The position numbers and the translations under genes were made by a program. The notes beneath the pieces are model-generated. The model had not been told where the DNA came from and searched no databases. It saw only the letters and a list, made by a program, of their open reading frames with translations. A stretch of 64,000 nt of DNA from Eledone cirrhosa (lineage: Eukaryota): NCBI GenBank assembly GCA_964016885.1, contig OZ024743.1, positions 298,840,001 through 298,904,000 of the forward strand, given 5' to 3'. Below are positions 1-15,299 of the stretch, piece by piece; within the stretch, counting starts at the first letter, position 1; every line of letters begins with the position of its first letter.

Positions 1-3000
1 AATAGCAGCAATAGTAATAACCACAACAACACCTTCAACAGCAACAGACCACAACACTAACATCCTCTATAACAACTAAATACAATAGCAGCTATAGTAA
101 TAACCACAACAACACCTTCAACAGCAACATACCACAACACTAACATCCTCTATAACAACTAAAGACAATATCGGCAATAGTGATAACCACACCTTCAACA
201 GCAACATACCACACCACTAACATCCTCTATAACAACTAAAGACAATACCAGCAATAGTAATAACCACAACAACACCTTAAACAGCAACAGACCACAACAC
301 TAACATCCTCTATAACAACTAAAAACAATAGCAGCAATAGTAATAACCACAACAACACCTTCAACAGCATTATACCACAACACTAACATCCTCTATAACA
401 ACTAAAGACAATACCAGCTATAGTAATAACCACAACAACACCTTCAACAGCAACAGACCATAACACTAACATCCTCTACAACAACTAAAGACAATACCAG
501 CAATAGTAATAACCACAACAACACCTTCAACAGCAACATACCACACCACTAACATCCTCTATAACAACTAAGGACAATACCAGCAATAGTAATAACCACA
601 AAAACACCTTCAACGGCAACAGACCACAATACTAACATCCTCTATAACAACTAAAGACAATAGCAGCCATAGTAATAACCACAACAACACCTTCAACGGC
701 AACAGACCACAACACTAACATCCTCTATAACAACTAAATACAATAGCAGCTATAGTAATAACCACAACAACACCTTCAACAGCAACATACCACAAAACTA
801 ACATCCTCTATAACAACTAAAGACAATATCGGCAATAGTAATAACCACAACAACACGTTCAACAGCAACATACCACACCACTAACATCCTCTATAACAAC
901 TAAATACAATAGCAGCAATAGTAATAACCACAACAACACCTTCAACAGCAACATACCACAACACTAACATCCTCTATAACAACTAAAGACAATATCGGCA
1001 ATAGTAATAACCACAACAACACCTTCAACAGCAACATACCACACCACTAACATCCTCTATAACAACTAAAGACAATACAAGCAATAGTAATAACCACAAC
1101 ACCTTCAACAGCAACATACCACAACACTAACATCCTCTACAACATCTAAAGACAATACCAGCCATAGTAATAACCAAAACAACACATTCAACAGCAACAT
1201 ACCACAACACTAATATCCTCTATATCAACTAAAGACAATACCAGCAATAGTAATAACCACAACAACACCTTCAACAGCAACATACCACAACACTAACATC
1301 CTCTATAACAACTAAAGACAATACCAGCAATAGTAATAACCACAACAACACCTTCAACAACAACATACCACAACACTAACATCCTCTATAACAACTAAAG
1401 ACAATAGCAGCAATAGTAATAACCACAACAACACCTTCAACAGCAACATACCACAACACTAACATCCTCTATAACAACTAAATACAATACCAGAAATAGT
1501 AATAAGCACAACAACACCTTCAACAGCAACATACCACAACACTAACATCCTCTATAACAACTAAAGACAATAGCAGCAATAGTAATAACCACAACAACAC
1601 CTTCAACAGCAACAGACCACAACACTAACATGCTCTATAACAACTAAAGACAATACCGGCAATAGTAATAACCACAACAACACCTTCAACAGCAACATAC
1701 CACAACACTAACATCTTCTACAACAACTAAAGACAAGACCGGCAATAGTAATAACCACAACAACACCTTCAACAGTAACATACCACACCACTAACATCCT
1801 CTATAACAACTAAAGACAATAGCAGCAATAGTAATAACCACAACAACACCTTCAACAGCAACATAACACACCACTAACATCCTCTATGACAACTAAAGAC
1901 AATACCAGCAATAGTAATAACCACAACAACACCTTCAACAGCAACATACCACACCACTAACATCCTCTATAACAACTAAAGACAATAGCAGCAATAGTAA
2001 TAACCACAACAACACCTTCAACAGCAGCATACCACACCACTAACATCCTCTACAACAACTAAAGACAATACCAGCTATAGTAATAACCACAACAACACCT
2101 TCTACAGCAACAGACCATAACACTAACATCCTCTACAACAACTAAAGACAATACCAACAATAGTAATAACCGCAACAACACCTTCAACAGCAACATACCA
2201 CAACACTAACATGCTCTATAACAACTAAAGACAATACCTGCAATAGTAATAACCACAACAACACCTTCAACAGCAACATACCACAACACTAACATCCTCT
2301 ATAACAACTAAAGACAATAGCAGCAATAGTAATAACCACAACAACACCTTAAACAGCAACATACCACAACACTAACATCCTCTACAACATCTAAAGACAA
2401 TACCAGCAATAGTAATAACCACAACAACACCTTCAACAGCAACATACCACAACACTAACATCCTCTATAACAACTAAAGACAATAGCAGCAATAGTAATA
2501 ACCACAACAACACCTTCAACAGCAACAGACCACAACACTAACATCCTCTATAACAACTAAATACAATAGCAGCTATAGTAATAACCACAACAACACCTTC
2601 AACAGCAACATACCACAACACTAACATCCTCTATAACAACTAAAGACAATATCGGCAATAGTAATAAGCACACCTTCAACAGCAACATACCACACCACTA
2701 ACATCCTCTATAACAACGAAAGACAATACCAGCAATAGTAATAACCACAACAACACCTTCAACAGCAACAGACCACAACACTAACATCCTCTATAACAAC
2801 TAAAGACAATAGCAGCTATAGTAATAACCACAACAACACCTTCAACAGCAACATACCACAACACTAACATCCTCTATAACAACTAAAGACAATATCGGCA
2901 ATAGTAATAACCACACCTTCAACAGCAACATACCACACCACTAACATCCTCTATAACAACTAAAGACAATACCAACAATAGTAATAACCACAACAACACC

Positions 3001-6000
3001 TTCAACAGCAACAGACCGCAACACTAACATCCTCTATAACAACTAAAGACAATAGCAGCAATAGTAATAACCACAACAACACCTTCAACAGCAGCATACC
3101 ACAACACTAACATCCTCTATAACAACTAAAGACAATACCAGCAATAGTAATAACCACAACAACACATTCAACAGCAACATACCACACCACTAACATCCTC
3201 TATAAAAACTAAAGACAATAGCAGCAATTGTAATAACCACAACAACACCTTCAACAGCAACATACCACACCACTAACATCCTCTACAACAACTAAAGACA
3301 ATACCAGCTATAGTAATAACCACAACAACACCTTCAACAGCAGCATACCACAACACTAACATCCTCTATAACAACTAAAGACAATACCAGCAATAGTAAT
3401 AACCACAACAACACCTTCAACAGCAACAGACCACAACACTAACACCCTCTATAACAACTAAAGACAATACCAGCAATAGTAATAACCACAACAACACCAT
3501 AAACAGCAACATACCACACCACTAACATCCTCTATAACAAATAAAGACAATAGCAGCAATAGTAATAACCACAACAACACCTTCAACAGCAACATACCAC
3601 ACCACTAACATCCTCTATAACAACTAAAGACAATACAAGCAATAGTAATAACCACAACACCTTCAACAGCAACATACCACAACACTAACATCCTCTACAA
3701 CATCTAAAGACAATACCAGCCATAGTAATAACCAAAACAACACATTCAACAGCAACATACCACAACACTAATATCCTCTATATCAACTAAAGACAATACC
3801 AGCAATAGTAATAACCACAACAACACCTTCAACAGCAACATACCACAACACTAACATCCTCTATAACAACTAAAGACAATACCAGCAATAGTAATAACCA
3901 CAACAACACCTTCAACAGCGACATACCACACCACTAACATCCTCTATAACAACTAAAGACAATACCAGCAATAGTAATAACCACAACAACACCATAAACA
4001 GCAACATACCACACCACTAACATCCTCTATAACAAATAAAGACAATAGCAGCAATAGTAATAACCACAACAACACCTTCAACAGCAACATACCACACCAC
4101 TAACATCCTCTATAACAACTAAAGACAATACCAGCAATAGTAATAACCACAACAACACCTTCAACAGCAAAATACCACACCACTAACATCCTCTATAACA
4201 ACTAAAGACAATAGCAGCAATAGTAATAACCACAACAACACATTCAACAGCAGCATACCACACCACTAACATCCTCTATAACAACTAAAGACAATACCAG
4301 CAATAGTAATAACCACAACAACACCTTCAACAACAACATACCACAACACTAACATCCTCTATAACAACTAAAGACAATAGCAGCAATAGTAATAACCACA
4401 ACAACACCTTCAACAGCAACAGACCACAACACTAACATGCTCTATAACAACTAAAGACAATACCGGCAATAGTAATAACCACAACAACACCTTCAACAGC
4501 AACATACCACAACACTAACATCTTCTACAACAACTAAAGACAAGACCGGCAATAGTAATAACCACAACAACACCTTCAACAGCAACATACCACACCACTA
4601 ACATCCTCTATAACAACTAAAGACAATAGCAGCAATAGTAATAACCACAACAACACCTTCAACAGCAACATACCACACCACTAACATCCTCTATAACAAC
4701 TAAAGACAATACCAGCAATAGTAATAACCACAACAACACCTTCAACAGCAACATACCACACCACTAACATCCTCTATAACAACTAAAGACAATACCAGCA
4801 ATAGTAATAACCACAAAACCTTCAACAGCAACATACCACACCACTAACATCCTCTATAACAACTAAAGACAATTGCAGCAATAGTAATAACCACAACAAC
4901 ACCTTCAACAGCAACATACCACACCACTAACATCCTCTATAACAACTAAAGACAACAGCAGCAATAGTAATAACCACAACAACACCTTCAACAGCAGCAT
5001 ACCACACCACTAACATCCTCTACAACAACTAAAAACAATACCAGCTATAGTAATAACCACAACAACACCTTCTACAGCAACAGACCATAACACTAACATC
5101 CTCTACAACAACTAAAGACAATACCAACAATAATAATAACCGCAACAACACCTTCAACAGCAACATACCACAACACTAACATCCTCTATAACAACTAAAG
5201 ACAATACCTGCAATAGTAATAACCACAACAACACCTTCAACAGCAACATACCACAACACTAACATCCTCTATAACAACTAAAGACAATAGCAGCAATAGT
5301 AATAACCACAACAACACCTTCAACAGCAACATACCACAACACTAACATCCTCTACAACATCTAAAGACAATACCAGCAATAGTAATAACCACACCTTCAA
5401 CAGCAACATACCACACCACTAACATCCTCTATAACAACTAAAGACAATACCAGCAATAGTAATAACCACAACAACACCTTCAACAGCAACAGACCACAAC
5501 ACTAACATCCTCTATAACAACTAAAGACAATAGCAGCTATAGTAATAACCACAACAACACCTTCAACAGCAACATACCACAACACTAACATCCTCTATAA
5601 CAACTAAAGACAATATCGGCAATAGTAATAACCACACCTTCAACAGCAACATACCACACCACTAACATCCTCTATAACAACTAAAGACAATACCAACAAT
5701 AGTAATAACCACAACAACACCTTCAACAGCAACAGACCGCAACACTAACATCCTCTATAACAACTAAAGACAATAGCAGCAATAGTAATAACCACAACAA
5801 CACCTTCAACAGCAGCATACCACAACACTAACATCCTCTATAACAACTAAAGACAATACCAGCAATAGTAATAACCACAACAACACATTCAACAGCAACA
5901 TACCACACCACTAACATCCTCTATAAAAACTAAAGACAATAGCAGCAATTGTAATAACCACAACAACACCTTCAACAGCAACATACCACACCACTAACAT

Positions 6001-6040
6001 CCTCTACAACAACTAAAGACAATACCAGCTATAGTAATAA
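1..6040. repeat. Satellite sub-domain A, containing 77-bp (6-bp-deleted) monomers
   Basis: Markers seen only here are the 6-bp deletion of the ACA tract (about 188, 2668, 2912, 5390, 5632), TCTTCTACAAC/CAAGACCGG (about 1713-1742, 4521-4550) and AGACCGCAAC (3018, 5739). The boundary is approximate. Confidence 0.7.
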
Positions 6041-6160
6041 CCACAACAACACCTTCAACAGCAGCATACCACAACACTAACATCCTCTATAACAACTAAA
6101 GACAATACCAGCAATAGTAATAACCACAACAACACCTTCAACAGCAACAGACCACAACAC
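2650..6160. repeat. Direct duplication: about 2650-3430 repeated at about 5380-6160 (offset 2721 bp)
   Basis: The private G in AGACCGC lies at 3018 and 5739. The ordered neighbours (two 6-bp deletions, ACATTC, TATAAAAAC, AATTGTAAT) match in both copies. The offset 2721 equals 33x83 - 18, matching four intervening 3- and 6-bp deletions. Confidence 0.8.
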
Positions 6161-9100
6161 TAACATCCTCTATAACAACTAAATACAATAGCAGCTATAG
6201 TAATAACCACAACAACACCTTCAACAGCAACATACCACAACACTAACATCCTCTATAACAACTAAATACAATAGCAGCAATAGTAATAACCACAACAACA
6301 CCTTCAACAGCAACAGACCACACCACTAACATCCTCTATAACAACTAAAGACAATACCAGCAATAGTAATAACCACAACAACACCATCAACAGCAACATA
6401 CCACACCACTAACACCCTCTATAACAACTAAAGACAATACAAGCAATAGTAATAACCACAACAACACCTTCTACAGCAACATACCACACCACTAACATCC
6501 TCTATATCAACTAAAGACAATAGCAGCAATAGTAATAACCACAACAACACCTTCAACAGCAACATACCACACCACTAACATCCTCTATAACAACTAAAGA
6601 CAATACCAGCAATAGTAATAACCACAACAACACCTTCAACAGCAAAATACCACACCACTAACACCCTCTATAACAACTAAAGACAATAGCAGCAATAGTA
6701 ATAACCACAACAACACCTTCAACAGCAGCATACCACACCACTAACATCCTCTATAACAACTAAAGACAATAGCAGCAATAGTAATAACCACAACAACACC
6801 TTCAATAGCAACATACCACACCACTAACATCCTCTATAACAACTAAAGACAATAGCAGCAATAGTAATAACCACAACAACACCTTCAACAGCAACATACC
6901 ACACCACTAACATCCTCTATAACAACTAAAGACAATAGTAGCAATAGAAATAACCACAACAACACCTTCAACAGCAACATACCACAACAATAACATCCTC
7001 TATAACAACCAAAGACAATAGCAGCAATAGCAATAACCACAACAACACCTTCAACAGCAACAGACCACAACACTAACATCCTCTATAACAATTAAAGTCA
7101 ATAGCAGCAATAGTCATAACCACAACAACACCTTCAACAGCAACAGACCACAACACTAACATCCTCTATGACAGCTAAAGACAATAGCAGCAATAGGAAT
7201 AACCACAACAACACCTTCAACAGCAACATACCACAACACAAACATCCTCTATAACAACTAAAGACAATAGCAGCAATAGTAATAACCACAACAACACCTT
7301 CAACAGCAACAGACCACAACACTAACATCCTCTATAACAACTAAAGACAATAGTAGCAATAGTAATAACCACCACAACACCTTCAACAACAACATACCAC
7401 AACACTAACATCCTCTATAACAACTAAAGACAATAGCAGCAATAGTAATAACCACAAAAACACCTTCAACAGCAACATACCACAACAGTAACATCCTCTA
7501 TAACAACTAAAGACAATACCAGCAATAGTAATAAGCACAACAACACCTTCAACAGCAAAATACCACAACACAAACATCCTCTATAACAACTAAAGACAAT
7601 AGCAGCAATAGTAATAACCACAACAACACCTTCAACAGCAACAGACCACAACACTAACTTCCTCTACAACAACTAAAGACAATACCGGCAATAGTAATAA
7701 CCACAACAACACCTTCAATAGCAACATACCACACCACTAACATCCTCTATAACAACTAAAGACAATAGCAGCAATAGTAATAACCACAACAACACCTTCA
7801 ACAGCAACATACCAAACCACTAACATCCTCTATAACAACTAAAGACAATAGTAGCAATAGTAATAACCACAACAACACCTCCAAATGCAACAGACCACAA
7901 CACTAACATCCTCTATGACAGCTAAAGACAATAGCAGCAATAGTAATAACGACAACAACACCTTCAACAGCAACATACCACAACACTAACATCCTCTATA
8001 ACAACTAAAGATAATAGCAGCCATAGTAATAACCACAACAACACCTTCAACAGCAACAGACCACACCACTAACAGCCTCTATAACAACTAAAGACAATAG
8101 CAGCAATTGTAATAACCACAACAACACCTTCAACAGCAACAGACCATAACACTAACATCCTCAACAACAACTAAAGACAATACCAGCAATAGTAATAACC
8201 ACAACAACACCTTCAACAGCAACATACGACACCACTAACATCCTCTACAACAACTAAAGACAATACCAGCTATAGTAATAACCACGACAACACCTTCAAC
8301 AGCAACAGACCATAACACTAACATCCTCTACAACAACTAAAGACAATACCAGCAATAGTAATAACTACAACAACACCTTCAACAGCAACAGACCACAACA
8401 CTAACATCCTCTATCACAACTAAATACAATAGCAGCTATAGTAATAACCACAACACCTTCAACAGCAACATACCACAACACTAACATACTCTATAACAAC
8501 TAAAGACAATATCGGCAATAGTAATAATCACAACACCTTCAACAGCAACATACCACAACACTAACATCCTCTACAACATCTAAAGACAATACCAGCAATA
8601 GTAATAACCACAACAACACCTTCAAAAGCAACATACCACAACACTAATATCCTCTATATCAACTAAAGACAATACCAGCAATAGTAATAACCACAACAAC
8701 ACCTTCAACAGCAACATACCACAACACTAACATGCTCTATAACAACTAAAGACAATAGCAGCAATAGTAATAACCACAATAACACCTTCAACAGCAACAT
8801 ACCACACCACTAACATCCTCTATAACAACTAAAGACAATACCAGCAATAGTAATAACCACAACAACACCATCAACAGCAACATACCACACCACTAACACC
8901 CTCTATAACAACTAAAGACAATACAAGCAATAGTAATAACCACAACAACACCTTCTACAGCAACATACCACACCACTAACATCCTCTATATCAACTAAAG
9001 ACAATAGCAGCAATAGTAATAACCACAACAACACCTTCAACAGCAACATACCACACCACTAACATCCTCTATAACAACTAAAGACAATAGCAGCAATAGT

Positions 9101-12100
9101 AATAACCACAACAACACCTTCAACAGCAGCATACCACACCACTAACATCCTCTATAACAACAAAAGACAATAGCAGCAATAGTAATAACCACAACAACAC
9201 CTTAAACAACAACATACCACAACACTAACATCCTCTATAACAACTAAAGACAATAGCAGCAATAGTAATAACCACAACAACACCTTCAACAGCTACATAC
9301 CACAACACTAACATCCTCTATAACAAATAAAGACAATAGCAGCAATAGTAATAACCACAACAACACCTTCAACAGCAACATACCAAAACACTAACATCCT
9401 CTACAAGAACTAAAGACAATACCGGCAATAGTAATAACGACAACAACACCTTCAATAGCAACATACCACACCACTAACATCCTCTATAACAACTAAAGAC
9501 AATAGCAGCAATAGTAATAACCACAACAACACCTTCAATAGCAACATACCACACCACTAACATCCTCTATAACAACTAAAGACAATAGCAGCAATAGTAA
9601 TAACCACAACAACACCTTCAACAGCAACATACCAAACCACTAACATCCTCTATAACAACTAAAGACAATAGTAGCAATAGTAATAACCACAACAACACCT
9701 CCAAATGCAACAGACCACAACACTAACATCCTCTATGACAGCTAAAGACAATAGCAGCAATAGTAATAACGACAACAACACCTTCAACAGCAACATACCA
9801 CAACACTAACATCCTCTATAACAACTAAAGATAATAGCAGCCATAGTAATAACCACAACAACACCTTCAACAGCAACAGACCACACCACTAACAGCCTCT
9901 ATAACAACTAAAGACAATAGCAGCAATTGTAATAACCACAACAACACCTTCAACAGCAACAGACCATAACACTAACATCCTCAACAACAACTAAAGACAA
10001 TACCAGCAATAGTAATAACCACAACAACACCTTCAACAGCAACATACGACACCACTAACATCCTCTACAACAACTAAAGACAATACCAGCTATAGTAATA
10101 ACCACGACAACACCTTCAACAGCAACAGACCATAACACTAACATCCTCTACAACAACTAAAGACAATACCAGCAATAGTAATAACTACAACAACACCTTC
10201 AACAGCAACAGACCACAACACTAACATCCTCTATCACAACTAAATACAATAGCAGCTATAGTAATAACCACAACACCTTCAACAGCAACATACCACAACA
10301 CTAACATCCTCTATAACAACTAAAGACAATATCGGCAATAGTAATAATCACAACACCTTCAACAGCAACATACCACAACACTAACATCCTCTACAACATC
10401 TAAAGACAATACCAGCAATAGTAATAACCACAACAACACCTTCAAAAGCAACATACCACAACACTAATATCCTCTATATCAACTAAAGACAATACCAGCA
10501 ATAGTAATAACCACAACAACACCTTCAACAGCAACATACCACAACACTAACATGCTCTATAACAACTAAAGACAATAGCAGCAATAGTAATAACCACAAT
10601 AACACCTTCAACAGCAACATACCACACCACTAACATCCTCTATAACAACTAAAGACAATACCAGCAATAGTAATAACCACAACAACACCATCAACAGCAA
10701 CATACCACACCACTAACACCCTCTATAACAACTAAAGACAATACAAGCAATAGTAATAACCACAACAACACCTTCTACAGCAACATACCACACCACTAAC
10801 ATCCTCTATATCAACTAAAGACAATAGCAGCAATAGTAATAACCACAACAACACCTTCAACAGCAACATACCACACCACTAACATCCTCTATAACAACTA
10901 AAGACAATACCAGCAATAGTAATAACCACAACAACACCTTCAACAGCAAAATACCACACCACTAACATCCTCTATAACAACTAAAGACAATAGCAGCAAT
11001 AGTAATAACCACAACAACACCTTCAACAGCAGCATACCACACCACTAACATCCTCTATAACAACAAAAGACAATAGCAGCAATAGTAATAACCACAACAA
11101 CACCTTAAACAACAACATACCACAACACTAACATCCTCTATAACAACTAAAGACAATAGCAGCAATAGTAATAACCACAACAACACCTTCAACAGCTACA
11201 TACCACAACACTAACATCCTCTATAACAAATAAAGACAATAGCAGCAATAGTAATAACCACAACAACACCTTCAACAGCAACATACCAAAACACTAACAT
11301 CCTCTACAACAACTAAAGACAATACCGGCAATAGTAATAACGACAACAACACCTTCAATAGCAACATACCACACCACTAACATCCTCTATAACAACTAAA
11401 GACAATAGCAGCAATAGTAATAACCACAACAACACCTTCAACAGCAACATACCACACCACTAACATCCTCTATAACAACTAAAGACAATAGTAGCAATAG
11501 TAATAACCACAACAACACCTTCAAATGCAACAGACCACAACACAAACATCCTCTATAAAAACTAAAGACAATAGCAGCAATAGTAATAACCACATAAACA
11601 CCTTCAACAGCAACATACCACACCACTAACATCCTCTATAACAACTAAAGACAATAGCAGCTATAGTAATAACCACAACAACACCTTCAACAGCAGCATA
11701 CCACAACACTAACATCCTCTATAACAACTAAAGACAATACCAGCAATAGTAATAACCACAACAACACCTTCAACAGCAACAGACCACAACACTAACATCC
11801 TCTATAACAACCAAAAACAATAGCAGCTATAGTAATAACCACAACAACACCTTCAACAGCAACATACCACAACACTAACATCCTCTATAACAACTAAATA
11901 CAATAGCAGCAATAGTAATAACCACAACAACACCTTCAACAGCAACAGACCACACCACTAACATCCTCTATAACAACTAAAGACAATACCAGCAATAGTA
12001 ATAACCACAACAACACCATCAACAGCAACATACCACACCACTAACACCCTCTATAACAACTAAAGACAATACAAGCAATAGTAATAACCACAACAACACC

Positions 12101-12860
12101 TTCTACAGCAACATACCACACCACTAACATCCTCTATATCAACTAAAGACAATAGCAGCAATAGTAATAACCACAACAACACCTTCAACAGCAACATACC
12201 ACACCACTAACATCCTCTATAACAACTAAAGACAATACCAGCAATAGTAATAACCACAACAACACCTTCAACAGCAAAATACCACACCACTAACACCCTC
12301 TATAACAACTAAAGACAATAGCAGCAATAGTAATAACCACAACAACACCTTCAACAGCAGCATACCACACCACTAACATCCTCTATAACAACTAAAGACA
12401 ATAGCAGCAATAGTAATAACCACAACAACACCTTCAATAGCAACATACCACACCACTAACATCCTCTATAACAACTAAAGACAATAGCAGCAATAGTAAT
12501 AACCACAACAACACCTTCAACAGCAACATACCACACCACTAACATCCTCTATAACAACTAAAGACAATAGTAGCAATAGTAATAACCACAACAACACCTT
12601 CAACAGCAACATACCACAACAATAACATCCTCTATAACAACCAAAGACAATAGCAGCAATAGCAATAACCACAACAACACCTTCAACAGCAACAGACCAC
12701 AACACTAACATCCTCTATAACAATTAAAGTCAATAGCAGCAATAGTCATAACCACAACAACACCTTCAACAGCAACAGACCACAACACTAACATCCTCTA
12801 TGACAGCTAAAGACAATAGCAGCAATAGGAATAACCACAACAACACCTTCAACAGCAACA
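6040..12860. repeat. Direct duplication: about 6040-7230 repeated at about 11670-12860 (offset 5632 bp)
   Basis: TACAAGC lies at 6438 and 12070, and near-identical ORFs lie at 6885 and 12517. The ordered markers AACCAAAGAC, AATTAAAGTC and AATAGGAAT occur in both copies. Confidence 0.8.
7700..11420. repeat. Tandem duplication of a 22-monomer unit (1820 bp)
   Basis: CCAAATGC lies at 7881 and 9701, and TACAAGC at 8922 and 10742. The offset 1820 equals 22x83 - 6. It rises to 1903 (9161 vs 11064) after one extra monomer in the second copy. Confidence 0.85.
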
Positions 12861-15299
12861 TACCACAACACTAACATCCTCTATAACAACTAAAGATAAT
12901 AGCAGCCATAGTAATAACCACAACAACACCTTCAGCAGCAACAGACCACACCACTAACATCCTCTATAACAACTAAAGACAATACCAGCAATAGTAATAA
13001 CCACCACAACACCTTCAACAACAACATACCACAACACTAACATCCTGTATAACAACTAAAGACAATAGCAGCAATAGTAATAACCACAAAAACACCTTCA
13101 ACAGCAACATACCACAACACTAACATCCTCTATAACAACTAAAGACAATACCAGCAATAGTAATAAGCACAACAACACCTTCAACAGCAAAATACCACAA
13201 CACAAACATCCTCTATAACAACTAAAGACAATAGCAGCAATAGTAATAACCACAACAACACCTTCAACAGCAACAGACCACAACACTAACATCCTCTACA
13301 ACAACTAAAGACAATACCGGCAATAGTAATAACCACAACAACACCTTCAATAGCAACATACCACACCACTAACATCCTCTATAACAACTAAAGACAATAG
13401 CAGCAATAGTAATAACCACAACAACACCTTCAACAGCAACATACCAAACCACTAACATCCTCTATAACAACTAAAGACAATAGTAGCAATAGTAATAACC
13501 ACAACAACACCTCCAAATGCAACAGACCACAACACTAACATCCTCTATGACAGCTAAAGACAATAGCAGCAATAGTAATAACGACAACAACACCTTCAAC
13601 AGCAACATACCACAACACTAACATCCTCTATAACAACTAAAGATAATAGCAGCCATAGTAATAACCACAACAACACCTTCAACAGCAACAGACCACAACA
13701 CTAACAGCCTCTATAACAACTAAAGACAATAGCAGCAATTGTAATAACCACAACAACACCTTCAACAGCAACAGACCATAACACTAACATCCTCAACAAC
13801 AACTAAAGACAATACCAGCAATAGTAATAACCACAACAACACCTCCAACAGCAACATACGACACCACTAACATCCTCTACAACAACTAAAGACAATACCA
13901 GCTATAGTAATAACCACGACAACACCTTCAACAGCAACAGACCATAACACTAACATCCTCTACAACAACTAAAGACAATACCAGCAATAGTAATAACTAC
14001 AACAACACCTTCAACAGCAACAGACCACAACACTAACATCCTCTATAACAACTAAATACAATAGCAGCTATAGTAATAACCACAACAACACCTTCAACAG
14101 CAACATACCACAACACTAACATCCTCTATAACAACTAAAGACAATATCGGCAATAGTAATAATCACAACACCTTCAACAGCAACATACCACAACACTAAC
14201 ATCCTCTACAACATCTAAAGACAATACCAGCAATAGTAATAACCACAACAACACCTTCAAAAGCAACATACCACAACACTAATATCCTCTATATCAACTA
14301 AAGACAATACCAGCAATAGTAATAACCACAACAACACCTTCAACAGCAACATACCACAACACTAACATGCTCTATAACAACTAAAGACAATAGCAGCAAT
14401 AGTAATAACCACAATAACACCTTCAACAGCAACATACCACACCACTAACATCCTCTATAACAACTAAAGACAATACCAGCAATAGTAATAACCACAACAA
14501 CACCATCAACAGCAACATACCACACCACTAACACCCTCTATAACAACTAAAGACAATACAAGCAATAGTAATAACCACAACAACACCTTCTACAGCAACA
14601 TACCACACCACTAACATCCTCTATATCAACTAAAGACAATAGCAGCAATAGTAATAACCACAACAACACCTTCAACAGCAACATACCACACCACTAACAT
14701 CCTCTATAACAACTAAAGACAATACCAGCAATAGTAATAACCACAACAACACCTTCAACAGCAAAATACCACACCACTAACATCCTCTATAACAACTAAA
14801 GACAATAGCAGCAATAGTAATAACCACAACAACACCTTCAACAGCAGCATACCACACCACTAACATCCTCTATAACAACTAAAGACAATAGCAGCAATAG
14901 TAATAACCACAACAACACCTTCAACAACAACATACCACAACACTAACATCCTCTATAACAACTAAAGACAATAGCAGCAATAGTAATAACCACAACAACA
15001 CCTTCAACAGCAACATACCACAACACTAACATCCTCTATAACAAATAAAGACAATAGCAGCAATAGTAATAACCACAACAACACCTTCAACAGCAACATA
15101 CCACAACACTAACATCCTCTACAACAACTAAAGACAATACCGGCAATAGTAATAACCACAACAACACCTTCAATAGCAACATACCACACCACTAACATCC
15201 TCTATAACAACTAAAGACAATAGCAGCAATAGTAATAACCACAACAACACCTTCAACAGCAACATACCACACCACTAACATCCTCTATAACAACTAAAG

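Noticed and set aside
61-75. TATAA in each monomer as a TATA box or promoter
   Set aside because: A short AT-rich word (CTATAAC, not TATAAA) repeated about 770 times with no downstream gene gives no support for promoter function.
7160-7180. Paired A>G changes (TATGACAGCT vs TATAACAACT) as a signature of RNA editing or a retro-transcribed intermediate
   Set aside because: The single-change intermediate TATGACAACT exists (about 1885, 53562). All double-variant copies can descend from one monomer by duplication, and A>G is not obviously dominant among the variants.
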